From assembly GCF_037042905.1 (NCBI RefSeq), contig NC_087251.1, forward strand, positions 44,022,001 through 44,086,000: DNA of 64,000 nt, read 5' to 3'. The translations under genes were made by a program, and so were the position numbers. The notes beneath the pieces are model-generated. The model did no database searches, was not told where the DNA came from, and saw nothing but the letters and a program-made list of their open reading frames with translations. Source of the DNA: Lytechinus pictus (lineage: Eukaryota). This document shows, piece by piece, positions 36,965 to 49,801 of this stretch (position 1 is the first letter of the stretch; each line of letters opens with the position of its first letter).

Positions 36965-38272
36965 TGCCAACCGGACAACCTATACATTTTTTAGGTTGCC
37001 AAATGGCAGTTCAGGTAATCACTGATTATTGTAAACTAAAAATGTGCGATCCATCAATAGCAAACCCTTTCAAAATATTGCCTGTTTCTGACAGCACTAG
37101 AGCTGCAAAGGTCTATTAAATCAGTTGGTATTTGATTCTTATTTAATTTGTTTTCAATAATTTTTTTTTATGAACTCCAAACTTGCTGTTCTGGTGAATC
37201 TTCCACTATTTCACTATATCCTATTCCAGGCCTTCCAATATTGTCTTTAGAACCTAAATTATCGATTGATTGATTGATACAATTTATTGTCCAATTAATG
37301 GAAATATGATGCTCGCATTTGATATCAAAAATACAAATACAAGGACTACAAATTAAGCAATACATCTACTATATCAGCAAAATTGCACTGCAGCTGAATT
37401 AACAAGACATGGTTAGTGTTGAATTGTTTTCTTTGTACCCCCCAAAAAAAAAAGATTAAGAGAACTTTCTCTTTGTCCTATATATATATATTTTTTTATA
37501 TTTTGTCATGATTTCGTCAAGATTTATTGGCTGTGAATTAGTGATAATTGAGGAAGTTGACCATTGTTTATGATTTCTTTCCTTGGAACGTCAAAATGGT
37601 CCTTATAGCATAGTAATAAGTGGAGAAATGGAGCAGTACATGGACATAATACTGCTCCAAGTTGTGCTTGGATAATTGGAGCAATATAAAAAAAATTGAA
37701 TGTTAATTGCCCATGCTTGAATTCTCAAATCTTTAATATGATTTTAGATTTCGATGTAGGTACCCCTTCCGCTGCCCCCCCGATGCAACTTATTCCCCCT
37801 TTTTAATAATCTGTGGTGTTGACTCTTGTTCAGGCTTTCTACATGTATCAGAATCCCTTCTTATTTGTCGTTCACCGGTTTTGATATGAATTCCCTGAAA
37901 ATTGTCTTCTTTGATATTTGGAATGAAGTCATTCTGTGGGCAGCCATCGGAGAAAGAAGAGCTGGGCCGTGTTGAATAAAGAATTTTTACGATAACTGCA
38001 TAAATTCTATAACAAGTTTATATTCAACGAATCAGATTGAAGAATTTCAGTAGCTTTAAACTGTTATTGAATTTTTTTTGTAACAAGGTGAGGCCCCTGG
38101 ATGTGGATTGTTGTGTGGAATTTTTCAGTTAGGTAACGGAACTTCTCATCTTGTGAGGATGGATATTGAAATCTTTAATGATGTCTTAGTCATGAACATT
38201 GGTGAATTCTTTTATGTATACTACTGTAAGTACAATGAAATAAAACTTTTCAATTTTGAATGTGACATGTAT

Positions 38273-38427
38273 CGGGGGCCGCGGAACGGTTTTCAAAGTG
38301 GGGGGGGGGGCTGACCATGCAAAATATCACAATCCTATGGTTATTTTTACGTTTTTGTACACGGTTTTGGAAAAAAAGTGGGGGGCTGATGACCCCCCCC
38401 CCCAGCCCCCCGCTTCCGCGGCCCCTG
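38273..38427. mobile_element. Short GC-ended MITE (hAT-like ends)
   Basis: GGGGCCGCGGAA...TTCCGCGGCCCCTG inverted ends; TSD not clear. Confidence 0.65.
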
Positions 38428-40204
38428 TGTACTATTGTAGGCCTACATGTATCAACCACTGACAAGGGATAGAAACTTTCGTACTTCCACTTCCTGCATA
38501 TTTACATGTTTAAAAAAGCATGTAACAAATCTTGGTTTCGTATTGAGTTCACTTTGTTTGGTTTTATGCTAAACTTTAGTTTATTTCTCATTTCGGCATT
38601 CGATATGATAGGCCTACTTTCATGTTCATAGATAGAACACTGGTGGTAATAAAAAGAAGACTTACTTCACTGCAGTTTCATCTTGGACACCGTTCTCATT
38701 CCAATCCTAAAACTGGTTTTCAAAACCCACTTCACATGAAACGGTCTTATTGCTACAGGAATGCTCTCAGTTGGGTGACATGTTTGAAATGGCAGCATAG
38801 ACATTCTCAATTCTATTGAAAATTTGTTTATTGATCGAGAGAAATGTGTTGTAGCCAAAAGCTCAATAATATTGTTGCAATAAACCTCAATTCATTACAA
38901 TTACAAAACCATACTACCAGTGATGATAATAAATGGAAGTACATATTAAATGACAATGAAATTAATTATTACATCAAAGAATTTTGTATCCAATAATTAA
39001 GCCAGATGACAAGTGAAAATGGGGGTCAAGTTTTAAGAGACAAAAAACAGGATGAGAACGGGATGGAGAGAAGAGATGACAGGATGAACATAGATGAAAG
39101 GAAAAGGAGAAGGGCAGACACTGGAGGGAGTCCGATAGAGAAAGAAAGGGAAAGGATAAAAAGGAGAGATCAAAAGAGAGGGTAGGGGGGCAAGGGTAAT
39201 AAAGGAAATACTTGAAACACAGCTCAATACTAAAGGTGGTTTTAAAGAATGAAACAAATAATAAATACAAAACTAAAACGTATTGTAGGCTGGACATACA
39301 TATCCTTCAAAGGTGAGGGGAGCATAACCTATTAGGTAAATGCCATGTGTGAATTATTGCATTCATATTTATGTCCCAATTATTGATCAGGCCTATCGAT
39401 TTCAATTAATTAATGTCCATGGAGAATCAAATTGGCATTTCTGTGCTGATAGTGGTATCAAAGTTTCTTTTGTATAATCTGGAGGACTTTGTAATGAGTT
39501 TGGTTTCATTTTCATTCTCTTATCTCTGTATGCTCTGAAGTCCTGATCTCAAGTGCCATAAAAGAAGAAAACAAGCGGGAATGGGGGTCAGAAACATGCA
39601 AAATTATAATGAGTTCCTCAAGCACTGGATAATGTGTATAATTGTGAAAAGATATACATGTACTTGAATTTTCATTTGCATAGACTAAAGCTTTATTGTT
39701 AGATATTGGTCTTCATCCCTTGAATGAAAATGTGATTGATTGAATATTGTTCATTTGAATTCAAAATTGTATCACCTTTCTAGATCATATTGTCAAGATT
39801 ATGATGGGGTTTTGATATGAACCATCCCTGTTCATCGAATGGAGTTTCAGTGTTGCTAGTGTCCATTAACACTCCCATTTACACTCTCCATGGATTTGAC
39901 CCTTGACCTTGGGTCATTCATATCATGGCAGTCTTCTGTTTGTATACATCCAGTTTGGGATGATATTTTTGATTTTTTAGAATAAAGTCACTCTACTTGT
40001 GATAGTCAACCAGGTCAGATGTGTATCAACTATTATTCTTAGAAATTAGAACTTTAGGTTAAATAACAAAATTATCTTCCAAATAATCATTCCACTGAAC
40101 AATTACCAATGCTAAAAGTATAGATCATTGTGTCGCTCATACTGGTTTAATTGTTGATCACATTATATGTATCTATTGTTCATGTTCCCTCTTTTCTGCT
40201 ACAG

Positions 40205-40377
40205 GTGGGCTATCACCAATTGGTCCCACACGAGCTACTTCCGAGCCGCATATTGAGGTAACAGAGCAACCGAAACAAAGGGACCATCGATTCCGCTACC
40301 CGGTAGAAGGTCGCCAGGCTGGGAGCATCGCCGGGGAAAGATCTACGTCTGACCTTCCATCATACCCAACAATTAGG
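40205..40377 (+). CDS. Rel: Rel exon: RHD N-terminus and DNA recognition loop (GLSPIGPTRATSEPHIEVTEQPKQRDHRFRYPVEGRQAGSIAGERSTSDLPSYPTIR)
   Basis: Pyrimidine tract + CAG acceptor, GTAGGT donor, RHD signature sequence. Confidence 0.96.
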
Positions 40378-41409
40378 GTAGGTTCATTTGAAATGCATTC
40401 TGGGATAGGAAGAATGGATAGTAGTCGTAATAATGCTTATCACTGGAAAATGTGTTCCTATGCGCTCTTTGAAAAAGACAGAAAAGAAATAAGAAAAGAT
40501 TGAAAATTGCTGGCAATGGTAGCACTAACTCATTGAAAATAAATATATTAAGTATGTTTTCATGGTAGATTTAAATTTGGGTGTAGAATAGTTCTTTACA
40601 TACCATGGGGTGGTATTCTAAAGTTAAGGTGCAGCATAGGCAAAGGATCATTCTCCATAAAACTTGGTCTAAAAACTAGGACAGTGTAAAAGATCCTTCA
40701 GAGCTGATCTAAGATTGCAAGGTGGTACATACTTTTAATAAAACCTTTGCTAAAATATTTTGGAGCGATTGCTGTGAGACACTGATAAGCTAGAAGCACT
40801 ACTTAAAACTTTACATGCGACTGGCAAAGATTGTCTCATTTTGTATCTATTAATTTAAAAGTGCAGTAAATGAAGACATCTATTACTTTAAAAGTGCAGT
40901 AAATGATGACATTTTCTGATGGAAAATGTTTATGACATGGTGACATGGTGAAGTGGATATTACTGGAAATCAAATGTGTGGGTGAAACTAAAACATCTGA
41001 CCAGTCTCTCAATTTGCCTAATGGAGGATTTAGAACCTTTCCGTTGTCCAAGGGTTGACAGTCAAAACTACTATTGACCGCATAAATCTGATGTGCTCAT
41101 TGTAACCTGGGAAATTGGAACGTTTTTTTTTTCAAATACGCATTCAATGAATCAAAGCTCCTGCTAGTACTTGATGCAAGTTATTGGAGTTGTAATCTTT
41201 TTCAGTATGATTATTCGATTTTCAGAGACATAAAATTGTTAATTCTTGTAAATAATTAATTTCTTTTGATAAAAATGGGCCATTCTAGGAATGAAGTGTC
41301 TTAAAATTGAATTGAATCCAACCAAATGGAAATATGTTGCTATCGGTTTTAAATCATCTGTTTAGATGTTTGATAATATGCTCCATGAAAATGTTGTATT
41401 TGTTTTCAG

Positions 41410-41558
41410 GTTGCCAATTTGAATGGTCGAGCCAGGGTAGTGGTATCCTTGGTGACGAAGACTGATCCTCCCCAGCCTCATCCCCATCGTCTGGTCGGAG
41501 ATAACTGTAAAGATGGCGTCTGTGTCATTATGATCGATCCACAAAGACCCGAAGCAGT
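41410..41558 (+). CDS. Rel: Rel exon: RHD (VANLNGRARVVVSLVTKTDPPQPHPHRLVGDNCKDGVCVIMIDPQRPEA)
   Basis: TTTTCAG acceptor, GTAAGA donor, SLVTK/PHPH.LVG/C.DG.C motifs; phases 0 and 2 fit the neighbours. Confidence 0.96.
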
Positions 41559-41610
41559 GTAAGAAACTAATATCCTTTGTACCATGTAAATTGAGGTGAC
41601 TGCTTCTTAA

Positions 41611-41945
41611 AGGGATGGTCCGGGCTGAAAATATTTATATCTTAATACATAGAGTAGAATTCACTGAGCAAAATGCCGAAAAAAGGTGAAAACAGTCGTC
41701 TTGAATATTCATTAGGTGGGCTGATGATGTCACATCTCCACTTTCCGTTTTCTTATGTTATTACATAAAATCATAATTTTTTCATTATTTCATACTTGTG
41801 TGAATAATATGTCTCCCTTATAATGAAATAAGTTGCAGCAATAAATATCTAATGCACTAAATCAGTTGTCATTCCAATTTTTCTACTTCTTGGAGGAAAA
41901 ATTTGAATAAACTTCATTACATATAATAAAATACAAAAGAACAAG
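41611..41945. mobile_element. Truncated TTAA-type MITE (AGGGATGGTCC family)
   Basis: TTAA|AGGGATGGTCCGGGCTGAAAA start; inverse paralogue of 50107-50729. Confidence 0.75.
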
Positions 41946-42170
41946 TATCTCCTGTTTGTCTCACCTCCATACTAACCTTGTCTGCAAGCACAGACTAATT
42001 ACTTGACACTTTAATCTACAACAGCTCTAGAGTAAAGACTAGATGCCAAAGGCTCGGTCTGTGAACCAGCCACAGTACATAGTGAATCTAGTCTCACTAC
42101 TTCAGACTCTGAATTATGCACAATGCAAATTGCGAAAACAAAGGGTCTGTGCCTGCAGACTATCCATAGC

Positions 42171-42344
42171 CAGTGGCGGATCCATGATTTTGAAATAGAA
42201 GGGGTGCAAATAAAAAGATTGGAAGTAGAGGGGGCGCAGTTGACAAATTGATTTGATTTCTAAGCTACAATGTATGTTCAATGAGCAATTATCAAAATAT
42301 ATAGGGGGCGCACACACCTTATGCCCTGCCTGGATCCGCCACTG
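42171..42344. mobile_element. Short MITE with CAGTGGCGGATCCA TIRs (hAT-like)
   Basis: Perfect 14-bp TIR CAGTGGCGGATCCA...TGGATCCGCCACTG; TSD not conserved. Confidence 0.8.
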
Positions 42345-42742
42345 ATGGGAGACGTGGGCGAAGCTTTTTTGACAGCGGGAGCAGCATCATCACCATCAAA
42401 AGCATAATCTAAGGTTACGTAGTTGAAAAGTCATTGTAACTTTGAAAGACGAAGATCCTATTTCATGAAAATTAACTACAAATGTTTTTTTTCAGAACGA
42501 TCATTATGATCATAGGCATATGATGAAAAAAAATATTTTTGCCAGGATAGGATAGTACAGACATCCAATTTTTTCGTATTTTGCTTCTTGTTGTGCAGGG
42601 TTTTTTTCCACACCTCTTCTCATTTCTTTGCAATATGAATACTATATCTGCTCTGAGCAAGAAAGATCGCTTGCTATTTTAAACTTGTCATTTACGTAAA
42701 CTTCATAATTACCATACATGCATTCCATTGCAAAGAAATAAA

Positions 42743-43003
42743 AATGATAATGATATTGATGATGGGGATGATGATGATGATAATAATGATGATGGTGATA
42801 ATATAGATAATGGTGGTGATGATGATGATAATGATAATGATAATGATGGTGGTGGTGATGATGATGATGATATTGATGATGGTGATGATGATGATGATGA
42901 TAATAATATTGATGACGGTGATGATGATGATGGTGGTGATGATGATGATGGTGGTGATGGTGATGATGGTGGTGGTGATGGTGATGATGAAGATGATGAT
43001 GAC
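42743..43003. repeat. (GAT/GGT/AAT)n microsatellite
   Basis: Direct reading; source of the poly-D, poly-I and poly-S ORFs. Confidence 0.95.
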
Positions 43004-43157
43004 AACATCTTGAACAGCAGCAACATTGGATTTATAAAGTGCTATTTTCAGAGGATACATAACACATTATAACCCTGGCTTTAGCTTTGCACTTTGTGTA
43101 CCCCTCATAAACCATCATCAGAACACCTGATTATCGCTTTACTTTGTATTTATACAG

Positions 43158-43399
43158 CTTTCGTAAGATTGGAGTGCAGCGAACGATGAACAAAGAAGTG
43201 GAGAACTCGCTTGCAGAGAGAAAGAAAGCCAATGTCAGACTCTCCATGGAAGTAAATAAGGGAAAGACTGGGAAGAAACACAATTACGAGATGAAGGCTG
43301 TTCGACTCTTCTTTGAAGTCTACATTGAGACAAGGGAATCATCCGGCGTCTATGATAGGTATCTTACACCTATCACATCAAGTCCCATCTATGACAAGA
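43158..43399 (+). CDS. Rel: Rel exon: RHD (FRKIGVQRTMNKEVENSLAER...AVRLFFEVY...PITSSPIYDK)
   Basis: TACAG acceptor, GTGAGT donor; matches ORF 43144..43449; F..LGIQ-like, VRL.F and S.PIYD motifs. Confidence 0.95.
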
Positions 43400-43505
43400 G
43401 TGAGTACAAAAAAATTCAATGGATTGACAGGATTTCATTATGTATATGACTGTCCACCTCAAAAATCCCACAATAAGTCATCCATGATTAATTTGGAGAT
43501 CCTAA

Positions 43506-45108
43506 AGGCCTGGTCACACCACCCGAGCGTTGTTGGAGCGGTCGTGGAGTGGAGAGAAAAAATCATCACCGCTCGCTACCGTTCACCACCGTTTAACCAA
43601 AGTTGGCCTCCGTTAAGGCAACGCCGAATACGCTCGGCCACCGCTGATGGTCTCTCCTACCGCTCCGAAAGTTTTGAGCTGCTAAAAATATTGCGAGCGG
43701 TGAGGAGCGGGCAATTTTCCGCTCCAGCAAAGTTGACTACCGCTCTAACAACGCCCAGTCAAAGTTTGGCACCGCTAGACGAAAAATCGTGAACGCTTGG
43801 GTCCGCTAGGCCAATGCAGAAATCTTCGCCAGCGTTGCCCGGCCGGTGATTAAACGGTTCACAAACTTTGGTGGAGCGGTTGTAAGCGTTTTTTGAGCGG
43901 ACACGGGATTGCTGGAACGGTGCTGGGTGTTAAAGTAGCGATCCATTGCGGTGATGAACCTTGGTTTAGCGTTGGTATGGAGGTGTCGGAGCGGTACCAG
44001 AATTTGGCTGAATAAGGAGCTCATTTGGAATCGAAATGGGCTGATAAACCATGTTTTTTGCATTTACATGAGAAACGTTTTGATTTCCGTGGATTTCCGT
44101 TTAAATTCTATCATCATCATTTCGCCCGGTGTCTAAGCTCTAAGTCGATACCAAATACAGCTGCCCTTTTTTATGTTAGAGCTGATTTTACTTGAGACAT
44201 CACCCCAAAAACCTGTTCAAAAACGGTCATTTTTATACCATGCAGTCATCGCAGCGCACCGTGTGGGGTGTACATTGCCGTTCATTTTTGCAATTTTGCA
44301 CGGCGGGGACGATTCCCCTTCCATGAAATTCCGGGCATAATGTAAACAAAATGAAGGTTGATAACGCATATAAGGGCTACCCAGCCCTCTTCCAGAGATA
44401 AAAGTTACTTGTAGAATAATTTCAGCCAAAAACCCTCATCTTAGTAAAACATTCGTTGTGTTATGTACTCTACGTTTTAATCAAGTCTACACAGCTTGAT
44501 AAAGCACGGTCAATATTTTTCAGATTTTAAAGTATTTTTTTAATCTAATGATCATTTTGATGTCATAAAATTATTTTCAGGATCTCATACACACTTTTTA
44601 GGCATGTGAGAAGCATAAACCAACATTCACTCTGATCAATCTTAAAGTAACACATAACACAAAGTTTATATACTTCACATTGTTTAGCGTAATTTTTCTT
44701 TTCACAGATAGGTTTTAAGCAGCCAATCAAAATTTGGTATCAAAGTGACGTCATATGGGCTTTAAATTATGTTCAGTCGATTCTACGCCCCAAATTACCC
44801 CTAATCTACATGTTAAAGTAAAAATATAACACGGAAAATAATTTTGGCGCACTTTCAACTCATTCTGGCCCACTGTGCGGCGCCCGCATGCGCAGAACTC
44901 CGCTCTATCAACGCTCGAGTCACCGCTAAAGCAACGCTCGCCACCGTTAAACCAACGCTAAAGCTACGCTGGCTTCAGCGGTGCACCGCTAAGGCAACGC
45001 CCATGTTTTCGATTTTTTCCCCAATTTTGTGAGCGGTGACGATCATTGTCGAAATTCGACCCTCTCTCCCTACCGCTCCAACAATGCTCGGGCGGTGTGA
45101 CCAGGCCT
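43506..45108. mobile_element. Non-autonomous PIF/Harbinger element
   Basis: TAA|AGGCCTGGTCACACC...GGTGTGACCAGGCCT|TAA (3-bp TSD), long imperfect TIRs, ACCGCT/AGCGGT subterminal repeats. Confidence 0.9.
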
Positions 45109-46956
45109 TAAGCTGTAAATTTATACATACCTTGTCCAAATTAATCAACAATAGCCCACGCAAGTACTTGATTTAAGGAAGAAGAATTTCAGTGATATTC
45201 AAAGAAGGAGAAAATTAGAATTGAAGTGTTGGTTCACTGGATCATGGCACTTGCATACTGTTTAAACTGGGTTTAATTTCCAGCAGTCTGGAATAAAATG
45301 ATGTCAAAGAAACCCTTATATCTCATTATTGGTTTGATTCATAAAAACCTCAAATTTTAACAGAATAGTGAAAAGTGTTGCTCTTTCGGATAAGGCGACT
45401 CTAAAATGTTGGATTTTAAGAGATCAAATAACTGAAAAATTTGCCTGGTGGCTTATTGTTGGTTTTGAGGTTGAGGGTAGCATACTGAAGACGGATGGAT
45501 CTGAGACCAGCTCATTCTGCCAGCCTTAGCCCCGGTCTCAACCAATGTACAAAGTAAATGGAGAAATTAACCAAGGGGTCATAGACCCTTTGCAGGAGTT
45601 GCAGGATGATAGGTGTCCAGAGCATGAACGGGGCTTATGACTCAAAGACTGTTGGGTTTATTAAGTTGAGAGGAGAATTCATGAAATAGGAGAGAGGGAG
45701 AGAATGAGAGAGAGAGTGTATATGTGTGTGGGGGGGGGAGGGGGCGGCAAGGTGTCGTATTCTAAACTTTTGACAGAAAGGACTGTAAATCAGACGAGAT
45801 ATGAAGAGGAATGTAAGCTTGAAGAAGGCAATGACATAGGGATCTCTAGTGAACTCTGCATGTATATAGTGGGGTAAAAAAACAGTCAGTATAAAATCCC
45901 ATTATTGGGATGGAGAAGCTCCAACTCATCAGGTTTCCCTCCTTTAACTTGTAATTCAATTATGCATTGAGTAGATGCATCTTTGACATGTCTTCATGTT
46001 AATAAACTTGGCTGCCCTTCCTCAGGAAGTTCACGTTCTAGGAAAGCAGGAGCCCTTGTGTTTTCATGAAAATCCCTTTGGCATTTGGAGTCTATTGTAA
46101 TGCCAAAATATTTGCATGAAATATAGCCGGTAGACAGAAGGGAATCTTCCAAGTTTGGCTGGAAGCCATGTTGTGAAAACACAAACATGTTATGATGACT
46201 TTGTTCCAACTGATGCAGAATGGGGGGGGGGTAACTTCTTTATACTTATTTTTATAAGTCTAAATAAGTTCTCTTTTTTTTGCGAATTTATTTTATGAGG
46301 CTATACAGACCATTCTTGTCACATTCATTTTTATATTACACAAATTTAAGTAAATAGGTTTTAATATGACAATGATGTAACAATATTGAAATGATTGTTA
46401 AAAAGAAAAGAATTTTACAAAATCCATGAGAGAAAGACGAAAAATATATGCTTTACTGCCCTACTTTCTCTTTGACAAAAAAAATAGTTATTTCATGTGT
46501 TTACATTTGATGAATTGATTTTGACTTCCACACCAAATTTCATACTACTGCTATGCAATATGGCTTTCATGCATATGCAGATGTGACTATACAAACCAAG
46601 GGGTTGTTTCAAAAAGCTGTTTGTAAGTTAAGAGCAACTTTAAGAACCTTTCTTTCGCGCTATACCATCGCCAATGAACATTTTGGTGTGTACCATTTAC
46701 CGCAAGAAAGGATCACCAGTCGTTCTTAGAGTCTCTCTTAACTTACAAACAGCTTTGTGGAATGGTCCCCAGAGGCACATTTTGCTCATTTTCATGAAAT
46801 CGCAATTTTGTTACTTGCTACCTTTTGTCAATTTGGGCAGTATAGGTGTTAAACAGCTGTGATAATTTTCTGCAAATTTTGAAGTTCTACTATTTTTGAC
46901 ATATGTGAACTCTAAGTCTTAATATTGAAGGTCTTGTTTTGATTTTGTTTTTGTAG

Positions 46957-47052
46957 AGGATACGGTATTGTCTATCTGTCGTGTGAATACCAATACTGGC
47001 AGCGTGGAAGGTGGTGATGAACTCTTCATCCTATGTGAAAAAGTTCAGTCGG
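46957..47052 (+). CDS. Rel: Rel exon: start of IPT/dimerisation domain (KDTVLSICRVNTNTGSVEGGDELFILCEKVQS)
   Basis: T-rich TAG acceptor, GTGAGT donor, L.ICR...GS..GGDE.F.LC.KVQ motif. Confidence 0.96.
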
Positions 47053-47083
47053 GTGAGTTCTCATCTATTTACTTTCAGGCAAG

Positions 47084-47420
47084 TTCACGGTTTAGTGGTT
47101 CTGACTCTCACTTTGGTATCAGAGGGTCGTGGGTTCAAATCCCACCGCCGCCTACCGTCCTTTGAGAAGGCGTCATTCCACATTTTGCCACTCCCGAGCT
47201 AGGTGCTAAATAGGTACCTGGTAAGATGTGAAATTCACTGTAGGTTGTCCAGTATTGTTTGTACCTCAATGGTGACTGGCTGGAATACTCTCCAGAGAGT
47301 GGAAGATGTGCACACATCCAGCAGGAATGACTGGTTTAAATCCGATGGTTATAATTTTTCGGAAAGGACTTTATGTGAAACGTATCTGAAGCTCATTGTA
47401 ATCAACTCGATTGTTATTAT
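47084..47420 (+). mobile_element. tRNA-derived SINE in the short intron between the IPT exons
   Basis: GGTTTAGTGGTTCTGACTC...GGGTTCAAATCCC head; the 3' part matches the SINE body inside the composite hAT. Confidence 0.75.
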
Positions 47421-47547
47421 TACAAGTAGTTGGTCTAATACCACATTGGCTCAACCCTTTGCTTTCTAATATAACAAACTTTCTGTTTTACATGATTTGA
47501 GTGTTAAAAATGATTGAGTTGTAAGATAAAATCGTCGTTCATTTCAG

Positions 47548-47642
47548 ATGATATCAAAGTGAAATTCCATGGGAAGGACCCAGAGACAAACCAACCCTGG
47601 TCAGCGTTTGGTGAATTCAGTCCAAGTGATGTTCACAGACAG
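47548..47642 (+). CDS. Rel: Rel exon: IPT domain (DDIKVKFHGKDPETNQPWSAFGEFSPSDVHRQ)
   Basis: TTTCAG acceptor, GTAAAT donor, DI.V.F...W...G.FS..DVHRQ motif. Confidence 0.96.
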
Positions 47643-48209
47643 GTAAATTAGTACACAAATAAATAGACTTCATCAGGGCTTTTAATAGTAAGAATTATAC
47701 ACACAAGGGACCTTTAGAACAGCTCTAACATGCCCGAGTCATAGCCGAGGGCAGTTGGACTGTTTCAAAAGTAATTGGTGTGTGTGGTGTAATTATTCTA
47801 ATAATAGTAATAATAGTATGCAACAATTATAGAGCACTTAATACAATGTTTCTATGCGCTGCATGCTATTACCTGGCTTTCACCCTAGCAAAGTGATGTG
47901 TCCTTTCTTTTGTAAGATCGGGATGTGGATCTTTGTTATGTGAGAAACTGTCCTAACCTTAAAACCAAGAGCAGTCATTACATCTAACCCATGACCACGT
48001 ATCACTGGTCATTAGTAAATCTATGCATTATGCCAGATAAATGACCATTTACATATGCAGGTGACACTGATGATATTAGTAACATATTAATTGTAACATA
48101 GTAGGCATAACAAGCTTGACCCCACTAGTATTCTTTTTCATTGTACAAACCTTTTTAATTTACGATTTGAATTTCATTGATCAAAGATATACTTTTATTA
48201 ACTATTTAT

Positions 48210-48350
48210 TGCAGGGAACCCATACTAACAAGCTTTGCTTTCCAGTGGGTTCCCTTTTTTCATTTCTGTATATTATACTTTTGTGTTTTGCTATACATTG
48301 TAACTTTTGTTAAATTTTGGAATGAAAAAGAATAAATGCAATCAATCAAT
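48210..48350 (+). mobile_element. Possible LINE 3'-end remnant (stem-loop + AATAAA + (CAAT)n tail)
   Basis: GGGAACCCA...TGGGTTCCC stem followed by a T-rich tract, AATAAA and CAATCAATCAAT. Confidence 0.45.
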
Positions 48351-48978
48351 AACAATATCTACTTTGTCGTCTTATATTGAATTTGCTTCAGATCTTTAGA
48401 AGAATATATAACCAGCATCATCATGATGTCTTAACATGCATAGTTTTTTTATGATCTTGTTGCTGTCTGAAGAAGCCACCATGTTAATATATTGATAACT
48501 TAATTTGATAGTGCGTTTACCTGTTGCATTTAATACAAAATCAGGAAATGCATTGTCTTGATGGTCATAAAATCGTACCATATGTTTGTTAATCATGAAT
48601 TGCTGCGCTATTACGTTTCATGGTAGTAAATGATATCCAAAGCATTGCGTATTCCTTCCTGTTACACCACCATTTCCTCCTTCTTGCCTGGAGACTGAAA
48701 GATAAATGTTTGCTCCCTCTTGGTGTTAAGTGGTTACCAAGTAGGATGTGAAACCCTATGTCGTATGCCTAGCAATTCAACTTGTGGAAACGCTTGTTGG
48801 AATGCTCCCCAGGGAGTGGAGAACGATGCATACATTGTGTGCAGGCAAGCCAGGATCCGATGACTAGGGTGATACTGTCTGTAAAGCGCTTTTGAGACTT
48901 TTTGATGTGTCAAGTACTGTATGAAATCAGAATATTATGTTAATCATTTCTTTATTATATGTTGGGTTCATTTCTCAG

Positions 48979-49123
48979 TTTGCCATTGTCTGCAAGACGC
49001 CTCGCTTTGTGAATCAGAACATCAAGGCTGCAGTGGAGGTTAGTTTTCACCTCTACCGACCGTCGGATGATGATTCGAGCATGGACATGACTTTCACCTA
49101 CAAGCCACGGGAATCTGTCCTTG
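48979..49123 (+). CDS. Rel: Rel exon: end of IPT domain (FAIVCKTPRFVNQNIKAAVEVSFHLYRPSDDDSSMDMTFTYKPRESVL)
   Basis: TTTCTCAG acceptor, GTAAAT donor, AIV..TP, RPSD and FTY.P motifs. Confidence 0.96.
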
Positions 49124-49801
49124 GTAAATTTGAAAACAATTTCCTCATGGGGGGGTGTTTTCACAAAGTTTCAAGTGTGACTTAAAGTCATGTTTAGTGC
49201 CAACGCGACATGTAATCTACGGTTGTTGATTTATACGCAGTAGTATGTCCTCTGGGCATGATTTAACCTATGCAGTTGATGCGTTTTATACAGCACACAA
49301 CTATGAATTTACATGCAACTGTTGGTCACACTTAAATCTTTGTGAATCACCCCCTCCCCAACCCCCCCCCCCCCCCCCCCGATCAGGAAAAAGGCTTGAT
49401 TTTAGAAACCGTAAAATTTGATTATTTTTGTGTTAATATGCCCAGTGGATTGGGAGCTTAAACCTTACTCCATTTTTCATTTATAGGTGGATATTTATAC
49501 AATGATCAATATGTTGTGCTTATTTACTTAGAGTGGTTATTTTGCTTTCAAAAAGAAAATCTTATAAATAAGAGTGTATTTCATTGACAATAAGTATTGT
49601 TTTTGTCTATGTAGTTGATGTATCCCCATCAAATGTAAGCATTTAATTTGGTATTTATGCATAATGATGTTGAAGACCCAGACTGGACCCGTGAAATAAA
49701 ATTGACAAATCATGTATTATTAGATTCTGTACAAACTCATTTTGAAATCATTGCCACAGCTTGCATTTATCTTTAAATGATGTCTCATTCTCTGTTTACA
49801 G

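Noticed and set aside
42692..43072. Poly-Asp, poly-Ile and poly-Ser ORFs
   Set aside because: (GAT/GGT)n microsatellite inside a Rel intron; no splice signals fit the gene.
43313..44136. ORFs of 61-159 aa overlapping the Harbinger element
   Set aside because: GC-rich subterminal repeat sequence with no transposase or Myb/SANT motifs recognisable.
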